A DNA stretch of 64,000 bases. It comes from a virus. The notes beneath the pieces were generated by a model. The model did not search any database. It saw only the letters and a program-made list of their open reading frames with translations, and was not told the origin of the DNA. Numbering within the stretch: the stretch's first letter is position 1; the number at the start of each line of letters is the position of its first letter. Positions 57,496-64,000 of this stretch are shown here, piece by piece. The position numbers and the translations under genes are program-made. The stretch lies in the IMG/VR virus record IMGVR_UViG_3300031413_000003, positions 53,816-117,815 of that record; one strand, written 5' to 3'.

Positions 57496-57995
57496 CGTGC
57501 TTTCCTGATGAGTGTAAGAGAACTTGCAGAAATCTTCTGGTAGTCAGTGGTGACCATGAAGTTATCAACAAAGACCATAGCCTTATAGATTTCTTCCGCA
57601 GTTAATTTCAACGAATCGTAGAAGCGGTAGGAACCGTTGGGTGACACGTAAATATCATCTTTGCAGTCCCGGAAGCCAAAGGATTTATTGTCGTAGATGA
57701 CCGTATAGAAACTACGTCGCGTCATCAATACTAACTTGAATTCCTCATCGAACTCCAGCACTGGATCATCTTCTTTTAACTTGCCCGACTCATAACGACG
57801 GATATAAAGAAGAATGGGAGCGAGCACCTTTTCGGCCACATCATTATCGAAGACGTAAGCGATATCGTTCTCGGGTGTAACCTTTAACTTTCCTTCTGGC
57901 ACTTCCCGATATTTAGCGATACCTGCCACTTTGCTTTTATAAACCACAAGACGGTCAGCAACCAATTCACCGTCACGATAAACGATCAAAGTCAT
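57492..57995 (-). CDS. Ntn-hydrolase/HslV-like protein
   Basis: Start reassigned to MTLIVYRDGELVADR (GGAGG RBS); N-terminal Thr pattern; late LTAEE...AM..D helix. Confidence 0.5.
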   Translation of the reverse strand: MTLIVYRDGELVADRLVVYKSKVAGIAKYREVPEGKLKVTPENDIAYVFDNDVAEKVLAPILLYIRRYESGKLKEDDPVLEFDEEFKLVLMTRRSFYTVIYDNKSFGFRDCKDDIYVSPNGSYRFYDSLKLTAEEIYKAMVFVDNFMVTTDYQKISASSLTLIRKAR

Positions 57996-58036
57996 AATAC
58001 CTCCAAGTGGAGAGCCGAAGCCCTCCACCGGTTAGA

Positions 58037-58348
58037 TTAGCGTTGCGGGAAACGACCAGCCATGCTGGCTTTAGACGGGTTTGACTTAACCGGTGCCGCT
58101 TGCTCCGGCTTAGACGCTACTTTAACGGCTTCGCCACCAGGTTGATCTGACAGGACACCTTCGTGATAATAGAGCTTGTCACCGGTATCCAGAGCCGCAT
58201 AGGTTGCAGCATCGACATTCAGACGCAGCAGGGAATCCTGGAAGCCGACAAACAGTTCATTACCGCCTGCTTTACCGGTAACAACCAGTGTGGTGCCGAA
58301 ACGAACTTTACCGTGCTGCTTTTCAGTGATCTTGATTGATACAGACAT
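58037..58348 (-). CDS. Hypothetical protein
   Basis: 103 aa, AGGAG RBS, high-expression codons, UUCG hairpin downstream. Confidence 0.8.
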   Translation of the reverse strand: MSVSIKITEKQHGKVRFGTTLVVTGKAGGNELFVGFQDSLLRLNVDAATYAALDTGDKLYYHEGVLSDQPGGEAVKVASKPEQAAPVKSNPSKASMAGRFPQR

Positions 58349-58357
58349 GATGTCTCC

Positions 58358-58645
58358 TTAATAATGACGAGTATCCAACAGTTGTCGGATTCTTTCTTTA
58401 ATGATGGCAGGTTCATATTCAGTCCCGAGCCATCCCAATTTACTAAATACAACAGTCGCGGTTCCGTTACGATTGAAGAAGATGTTTTTAATCTTAACCT
58501 CAACTTCACGATTTTCACGCCGTACTTTGAATTCCAAGCCTGGGATAGAAAACACCATTAGCTCAATAATTTCACGCCACTGTGACGATAGTTGGGTATA
58601 CGGTACCGTGACGACCAAGCAGGATGTATCACCAACGTTCAACAT
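58358..58645 (-). CDS. Hypothetical protein
   Basis: 95 aa. Confidence 0.65.
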   Translation of the reverse strand: MLNVGDTSCLVVTVPYTQLSSQWREIIELMVFSIPGLEFKVRRENREVEVKIKNIFFNRNGTATVVFSKLGWLGTEYEPAIIKERIRQLLDTRHY

Positions 58646-58928
58646 ATTCTATCTCTCTTGTCACCCAGTTAACGTGGAGGGTGTAATCGATTTGATAATA
58701 AATATGGTCATGATCGACATTCACCGTCAATGTGTTGGTTTTCTTTTTGTCGTTGTAGCGAATATCAACAACATGACCAATAACTTCATCTTTGCGCTTA
58801 CTGCGGTGGTAACGACCTTCTCGGATTTCTAATCCTTCCGAAGAATTGATCTTTGCCCGGATCTTGTTTTTAAGTTCTCTCGTCAACTTATTGCCATTCA
58901 GTGACAGAACACCTTTTTGAAAGCCCAT
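58629..58928 (-). CDS. Hypothetical early protein
   Basis: 99 aa, after early promoter. Confidence 0.7.
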   Translation of the reverse strand: MGFQKGVLSLNGNKLTRELKNKIRAKINSSEGLEIREGRYHRSKRKDEVIGHVVDIRYNDKKKTNTLTVNVDHDHIYYQIDYTLHVNWVTREIEYVERW

Positions 58929-58964
58929 GTCTTTAACCCCTATAGAAAGTTTTATTGTCGGAAT

Positions 58965-58990
58965 ACATATAAGTAATATAGGTTTCAGAT
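58965..58990 (-). promoter_or_regulatory. Early (virion RNAP) promoter
   Basis: Minus strand ATCTGAAACCTATATTACTTATATGT; exact TATATTAC. Confidence 0.7.
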
Positions 58991-59055
58991 TAATTTAAAA
59001 AGCCAAAAAAGCCCTGCTGGGTTTCCCCAACAAGGCTTGTTATTAATTGCAGGTG

Positions 59056-59478
59056 CTATGCGGCGAGCCTTACTTCTTTAATTTCTTTTATGATGTCCAT
59101 CACGCTCTGTTGCTGCTGAGTGGAGAGTTCCTTAAAGGACTTCTTCATTACCAGCTCCAGTGCACGTGTTAGCTCTATTTCTAGATGATCCGGGGTGGCT
59201 TTCAACGTTTGTACTGCCACCAACAATTCTTGCAAGAGATGTTTGGTAAACTGGTCTACTTCGTTTCCGTATTTATCTTGTTTATCCTGTAAGTTCTCGA
59301 AATAGATTTCCAACGCTCTTAACAACTCTGTTTGGTGGCGTTGAAGGCATTGGTGTAATTCGTGACTCAGTTCTTTTCGAAACCGCTTGCTTGAGTAGCG
59401 AGGAAAGAGCACGTGCTTGACGCAATCCCAAACTACAACTGCTGCTAGCATCGCTAGAAACCCTTTTACAAATTCCAT
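59056..59478 (-). CDS. N-terminally membrane-anchored helical protein
   Basis: 140 aa, GAGGGGG RBS. Confidence 0.7.
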   Translation of the reverse strand: MEFVKGFLAMLAAVVVWDCVKHVLFPRYSSKRFRKELSHELHQCLQRHQTELLRALEIYFENLQDKQDKYGNEVDQFTKHLLQELLVAVQTLKATPDHLEIELTRALELVMKKSFKELSTQQQQSVMDIIKEIKEVRLAA

Positions 59479-59508
59479 ATGCTACCCCCTCGGTAACGGT
59501 CTAACCAA

Positions 59509-59583
59509 TCAAATAAAGAAATGACGAAACAAGAAACCGAAGATGATAGCAACCAGCACCCAAACGAGAATGGTGAAAGTCAT
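59509..59583 (-). CDS. Small membrane peptide (24 aa)
   Basis: Own translation MTFTILVWVLVAIIFGFLFRHFFI*, AGGA RBS. Confidence 0.5.
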   Translation of the reverse strand: MTFTILVWVLVAIIFGFLFRHFFI

Positions 59584-59814
59584 TTCAAAGGTTCCTATTA
59601 TAAGCTGAGGTATACAGCATAGTATTTAGTGCACTGTACCGCGAGGGGCGGTATAGGTATGAAAGGCATAACGAGCATAATCTGAAAACGGATAGACGTC
59701 AATCTCTACGCCATTTATTCTTACCGTGATAAAGGAATTAAAGTATACACCGTACATGCGCAACCCGACAAAAAAATAAAAAGAAGTAAGGTGGAGGCCG
59801 AAGCCCCCATCTTG

Positions 59815-60288
59815 TTAAAGTATGACCACTGCTTTGCGCGGCTTGTAGCTAACGTTAAGAACCCGGAAGACGTTGCCTTCTTTATCTACCGTGTGGCAGA
59901 GTTTGAATTCCATCTCTTCCTTCTTATCGATAGCATCACGCAGCTCGCGATACTTAGGACCGAAAGGACGAATCACCGCAGTGACCTGACCTTGTTTCCC
60001 ATCAGTGCTTCCACCCATATGGATCTTGACCTCATCGATCTTGAAACCCGTGGCTGGGAAGGGCACTTCATGGAACTGGCAGTATTCCACATCGGCATTC
60101 ACACCAGGCTGAGTGCCGTGGTTGGTGCTGACGTAACCGCTGCGCAGAATACGCGTAAAGGTTTGACGAAGATCAGTGGCGAGCTTAACGCCGTGATCCT
60201 TGCCGCCTTTGCGGTTGTCGAACAGAACCACGCGGAAACCTTTCTCGCTATCGCTTACTGCTACTTCTTCGTTGATCTTCATGAACAT
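59815..60288 (-). CDS. Hypothetical protein, possibly degenerate prohead-protease-like
   Basis: GAGG RBS; VTAVIRPFGPKYRELRDAID motif. Confidence 0.7.
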   Translation of the reverse strand: MFMKINEEVAVSDSEKGFRVVLFDNRKGGKDHGVKLATDLRQTFTRILRSGYVSTNHGTQPGVNADVEYCQFHEVPFPATGFKIDEVKIHMGGSTDGKQGQVTAVIRPFGPKYRELRDAIDKKEEMEFKLCHTVDKEGNVFRVLNVSYKPRKAVVIL

Positions 60289-60449
60289 GGTAAAGCCTCT
60301 TGACTAGTTAATAAGAATATCTAAAAAAGAACCCCCTACAATAAAGGAGGCGAACCTAAGAGGCGGTTCTCAGGGGTTTTGTCCTGTTCTTATCTAGATA
60401 CTCTCTAAGTAATTGGCGGAGCAGTAAAATACCACTCCGCCGCGTTTTA

Positions 60450-61355
60450 TTACAGGTAAGCCGCCAGCTCAGCAGTTGGTGCTGGGATCGCGCTTGGGGT
60501 AGTGATGGTGATAGTTTCGCCGTCGTTCTCAACAGTTACGTTGTCGATGAAGCGAGTCTGTACCAGCTCACCCAACATCACACCACCCAAACCCAGTGCA
60601 GTACCCGCAGATGCCGCCAGGCCAGTTTTCACCAGCTCGGGCAGTTTGTGGATCGCTTCAACTTTAGTGAACAGGTATTCTGCACCGAAGTAAGAAACAG
60701 CTGCACCACCCAGACCACCGGTGATTGCGCCAATGTTGTATTTGTTGTTTGCGACAACATTGAAACCGGCTGCAGCCAGTGCGGTACCGGCTGCGATGAA
60801 CTTAGGCTGCAACCAACCTTTGTTCGCTTCTTCCAGACCGATCAGAGATTGTTCGATCTCTTTGGTCATGGCTTCCTGTACCTGAGCTACTGCTTCAGCC
60901 GGTGCTTTACCACTGGCGATCGCAGCTTCATACGTTTTGACCTGCTGACGAGAAATGTTTAATGCAGTCATTTCATCTGCGGTCAGATCTTCACCGCGCT
61001 TAACACGCGCATCCAGCTGTTCAGCCTGACGACGTGCGATTTCGATTGGACCGGTAACACCAACGTCTTTCAACACTGGGGTATTCAGGTCGTACTCTTT
61101 CAGCGCTTTCACCGTGTAATGCAGGCCGGTGTTTTTGTTGACGATTGCGACGAAGTCACCGTACTGCTTTGGCTCAACCATGTTCTGCAGTTCGTGCGCA
61201 TACAGATGACGGATGTAATCTTCGTGCGCTTGTTCTTCACGCAGGTTCTTCACAGTCTCGATGAAAGAGTGTGCAGCGATCATGCTTGGAGAACGGTTCT
61301 CAACGATTTCGTGAGCAGCGGTGTTGTTGTTGTCAGCAGTGTTTTTGTTAGTCAT
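60450..61355 (-). CDS. Highly expressed early protein with Gly/Ala-rich membrane helices
   Basis: 301 aa; C-terminal IAAGTALAAAG, GAITGGLGGAAVSYFG, GLAASAGTALGLGGVMLG. Confidence 0.8.
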   Translation of the reverse strand: MTNKNTADNNNTAAHEIVENRSPSMIAAHSFIETVKNLREEQAHEDYIRHLYAHELQNMVEPKQYGDFVAIVNKNTGLHYTVKALKEYDLNTPVLKDVGVTGPIEIARRQAEQLDARVKRGEDLTADEMTALNISRQQVKTYEAAIASGKAPAEAVAQVQEAMTKEIEQSLIGLEEANKGWLQPKFIAAGTALAAAGFNVVANNKYNIGAITGGLGGAAVSYFGAEYLFTKVEAIHKLPELVKTGLAASAGTALGLGGVMLGELVQTRFIDNVTVENDGETITITTPSAIPAPTAELAAYL

Positions 61356-61417
61356 GGTATATACTCTCTCAAAGTTTATATTAGGTTAAAGGATGTAAAA
61401 ACATTTCCTATGTTTAT

Positions 61418-61446
61418 ACACCCAAGTAATGTAGACTTGAGAAAAA
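61418..61446 (-). promoter_or_regulatory. Early (virion RNAP) promoter
   Basis: Minus strand TTTTTCTCAAGTCTACATTACTTGGGTGT. Confidence 0.7.
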
Positions 61447-61483
61447 CTGTAATCTAAATATAAGACAAAAAAAGAAGCAGTAT

Positions 61484-61517
61484 TATTAACCCTATCCTTT
61501 GCGGGATAGGGTTAATA
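61484..61517 (-). terminator. Intrinsic terminator
   Basis: TATTAACCCTATCCT-TTGC-GGGATAGGGTTAATA, T-tract downstream on minus strand. Confidence 0.8.
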
Positions 61518-61519
61518 GA

Positions 61520-62245
61520 TTACCTGATCAGGGTTTGGAAGCGGGTAAAGAGAATGCGGAAGTACAGTTCGCTAGGAACGTCATCCTGTGCGCCTAACGA
61601 GAAAGCATCGTTCACTTCAACCAATGACCACTTACCACCGATCTTACCGACATCAAAACTTCCGCACGGATAACCGAACTCCGTAAGCAGATTAATGATC
61701 TCCCGGTTCATAATGATCAGTGACGGATCCTTTACCTTACAATGAATGTCAAACAGTTCACGCTTTTCATCCACGAAGTAGTAGACCCGGTGTTCATCCG
61801 TGATCTCTACAGGATCGCAAACATGAATCGGGGTATTCTGCGAAACGCCCTGTAAACGGAAATCATCAAAGTCACGGCAAACAAAACCTGGGAAGCGTTT
61901 TACTTCCCGGGATGGTTTGATAAACTTCGGTAAGTCCGCCGGCTTTAAATCTTTGAGTTCCATCTGCTCTACACGCCGGCGCAGATAACCCAACACACAA
62001 TACGGGTAGTCATAAGGCAAGGGAAGATCGCGATCGTATTTACGCATCACTTCACGCATAAAGCCAATCGACCCAGAGGCGAACACAAAGCCATCGGGTA
62101 ACGGAAGTTTCTTAACCTGTTTCTTACCCACTGGAACAATAACGATCCCGGTCTTGAAATGAGATTCCAGGAAGTTTTTGATCAGTTCTTCCTCAGGTCC
62201 GTAAACGCCGGTACCTTTCTGTTCTAACCAAAAGACATGATTCAC
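61520..62245 (-). CDS. ATP-grasp domain protein (DUF4343/R2K-like)
   Basis: GSI.F, DYP..L..YL.R, FIKP...KRFPGFV, EHRVY, FDVG...WSLVEVNDAFSLG. Confidence 0.8.
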   Translation of the reverse strand: MNHVFWLEQKGTGVYGPEEELIKNFLESHFKTGIVIVPVGKKQVKKLPLPDGFVFASGSIGFMREVMRKYDRDLPLPYDYPYCVLGYLRRRVEQMELKDLKPADLPKFIKPSREVKRFPGFVCRDFDDFRLQGVSQNTPIHVCDPVEITDEHRVYYFVDEKRELFDIHCKVKDPSLIIMNREIINLLTEFGYPCGSFDVGKIGGKWSLVEVNDAFSLGAQDDVPSELYFRILFTRFQTLIR

Positions 62246-62820
62246 AGTGTTTCTCCTCTACGAATCTTTTTCAGCACCTCTGCCCCGTCGATAGGTTTAA
62301 CAAATTCGCCACGGGGTGACCGGATATGGTGTTCCGTTCTTGTTTGTATTTCGCCCTTTGAATTCGAAACTGATACCGTTAATACGGCGCCGTAACGATG
62401 GTGATATTTTTCCAGTGTGGCAACAGTATGGAAGTCACCGATCATGGCACAGTGTTCAAACCGACCATTAGAGAAGCACACTTTACTTTTATATGTCCGG
62501 TAATCTTCTTCTTCATCGCCATATTCCTGAAGATGAATTTGAACACCCAGTGACTTCAGTGTGGATTCAATAGCGCGGTACAAAGAAAGGTGTTCGAAGT
62601 TGTTCTCATCGTAAGGCAGTGCCAACAACGCCATTTGTTTAAAGATATCAGCCAGGGACACTAATCCGCCGTCGTACGATTGGTTGGTGATGGTAAATAC
62701 TGTTTCACCCATAGACACCGAACTAAGTCCAGACGACTCACCCACATGAAAAATGAATGGATGACTTAAGTTGTCTGTTTTAATTTCCCACTTACCGCGG
62801 TGTATTTCAGTAATGATCAT
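62242..62820 (-). CDS. Hypothetical protein
   Basis: 192 aa, GAGG RBS. Confidence 0.7.
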   Translation of the reverse strand: MIITEIHRGKWEIKTDNLSHPFIFHVGESSGLSSVSMGETVFTITNQSYDGGLVSLADIFKQMALLALPYDENNFEHLSLYRAIESTLKSLGVQIHLQEYGDEEEDYRTYKSKVCFSNGRFEHCAMIGDFHTVATLEKYHHRYGAVLTVSVSNSKGEIQTRTEHHIRSPRGEFVKPIDGAEVLKKIRRGETL

Positions 62821-62880
62821 GATGATTCCTCAAAGTTGCGTGCATAAACCTTACGCCTGTTGAGGGGCGTAAGGGTGTTG

Positions 62881-63312
62881 TTATTGCAAATCGCGAACGG
62901 TTTCGTTGGAGAAGGTCAGTGTTTTACCCAACCACTCTTCCATGCCGGTTTCAACAATCGGTAACGTGTAGTTATCCGGGTTGTAAACCAGTGACATGTG
63001 TAACATCGCATTGCCGTAGGAGTGTTGGTAACCAGCCTCCACCAAACGCTTGAATTCGCGATGTAAGCCGATAGAGTGCAGTTCCATGACAATGGCTTTG
63101 CCCAGGGGTTTAAAACCGATTACAGTGGCTTCAAACGTGATGTCTGGGTTAATGACGCAGCGGGGTTCTTCGCACTCGCGTTCGTCATACATCATTGTGA
63201 CATGGAATGGGAATTCAGATACCGGTTTTAAACCGAGTTCCGCAATCTCTTTACTGATAACACGTTCTTGGTCTTTAACCAGGTTAACAGAGATATAACC
63301 GAGTTTCGCCAT
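62881..63312 (-). CDS. acb1: 2H phosphoesterase, anti-CBASS Acb1 (T4 gp57B)-like
   Basis: Two Hx(T/S) motifs, FHVTMMY and HSY...LHMSLVY; AIVMELHS.GL; 143 aa. Confidence 0.75.
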   Translation of the reverse strand: MAKLGYISVNLVKDQERVISKEIAELGLKPVSEFPFHVTMMYDERECEEPRCVINPDITFEATVIGFKPLGKAIVMELHSIGLHREFKRLVEAGYQHSYGNAMLHMSLVYNPDNYTLPIVETGMEEWLGKTLTFSNETVRDLQ

Positions 63313-63868
63313 GTTGGTTCCTTAATTGATTAATGAATCGTTTCATAGCATCCCTACGTCGATTCATTTCACGGTACTTTGTTTTACGCCTTAGGAATTT
63401 GCGTAAACCGACCGGGATCGAAATACCATAAGGCTCTAATAAATACTCGACCCATATTGCGCGATCTCGACCATTAAAGAAATACCCGTTTAAATTGACA
63501 ACAGAGGGACACGGACCGCCCTGATAAAAGGGAGGTTCGTCATCACCCATGTCATTAAGTTGTAAAGCCTTTACCCCTTTACGGTTAATACCTTCAGGGA
63601 AATAAGCATCAAAAATAAAACCATTTTCTTCTACCCACACATGCCAACCACCGCCATAAATAGTGGGGGATAATCCGTGAGCTTTGGCGATATAATAAAC
63701 AAGAAAAGCCATAACGTAGCAATCACCATTGTTAATCTTTGTTGCCAATGAGAGCTTGCTGTTAGGCTCTTGTTTTTGATACAATGCCTGAAAATGCGGC
63801 AGGAGACTACGGATAATGTCTCCATACTGTTTACGCTTGTTGATCATTCGCGACATATCCAACATCAT
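63284..63868 (-). CDS. Papain/transglutaminase-like Cys-His-Asp protein, paralog of 27265
   Basis: INNGDCYVMA...HVWVEENGFIFDAYFPEG; start uncertain (63868 or 63847). Confidence 0.55.
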   Translation of the reverse strand: MMLDMSRMINKRKQYGDIIRSLLPHFQALYQKQEPNSKLSLATKINNGDCYVMAFLVYYIAKAHGLSPTIYGGGWHVWVEENGFIFDAYFPEGINRKGVKALQLNDMGDDEPPFYQGGPCPSVVNLNGYFFNGRDRAIWVEYLLEPYGISIPVGLRKFLRRKTKYREMNRRRDAMKRFINQLRNQHGETRLYLC

Positions 63869-64000
63869 GTTCCGTGGGATTCTTGAGCGCGGCGGTAGCG
63901 GCTTCATCTGCCATGTCATTATACTTATCTCCAGAATGTCCCTTGACCTTGAAGAACCGCACTTTGTTCTCTTTCAACAAAGCATGGAGTTCCTGCCACA
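63831..64000 (-). CDS. rnhA: Ribonuclease HI, C-terminal part (truncated by window edge)
   Basis: Own translation WQELHALLKENKVRFFKVKGHSGDKYNDMADEAATAALK...QQA*, matching the RNase HI LW..L / VKGHSG...N..AD..A motif. Not in the ORF track. Confidence 0.85.
   Translation of the reverse strand, partial: WQELHALLKENKVRFFKVKGHSGDKYNDMADEAATAALKNPTEHDVGYVANDQQA

Noticed and set aside
59791-60303. 170-aa + strand ORF
   Set aside because: Fully antisense to 59815..60288, which has an RBS and terminator; it starts inside the terminator hairpin
63869-63919. Track start of ORF 63284..63919
   Set aside because: Lies inside the RNase HI coding frame; a downstream ATG is more plausible
1-64000. tRNA genes, introns, inteins, homing endonucleases, chimallin, PhuZ, stop-codon recoding
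   Set aside because: No cloverleaf or T-loop motifs were seen in the gaps. RNAP, UvsX, helicase and ThyA are uninterrupted. No tubulin signature was found, and ORFs tile normally with the standard code. Manual scan only.

Overview
64 kb slice of a lytic jumbo myovirus genome of the phiKZ/EL/OBP-related type (Chimalliviridae-like). Genes are densely packed, mostly on the - strand, with a few + strand virion genes. The left end has a phiKZ-like core block: split virion RNA polymerase beta fragment, UvsX/RecA, a degenerate RNase H-like protein, virion proteins and an SF2 helicase. It is followed by a GroEL-like chaperonin, an AmsF/WceF-like EPS-degrading tailspike (suggesting an Erwinia/Pantoea-type enterobacterial host), and a tail fibre/baseplate paralog cluster at 29-39.5 kb. 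Large accessory blocks encode an HD hydrolase, metallophosphoesterase, MazG-like protein, DUF5565/RLIG1-like RNA ligase, ThyA, RyR, DUF1190, an ART-fold protein, an HslV-like protein, an ATP-grasp protein, an Acb1-like 2H phosphoesterase and a canonical RNase HI truncated at the right edge. Visible regulatory grammar: eight copies of a phiKZ-type early promoter, TATG-type late promoter candidates and a family of near-identical GCAA-loop terminators. No tRNA, rRNA, CRISPR array or mobile element was recognised. All family calls come from motif recognition by eye, not database searches, and phiKZ gene numbers are recalled synteny.
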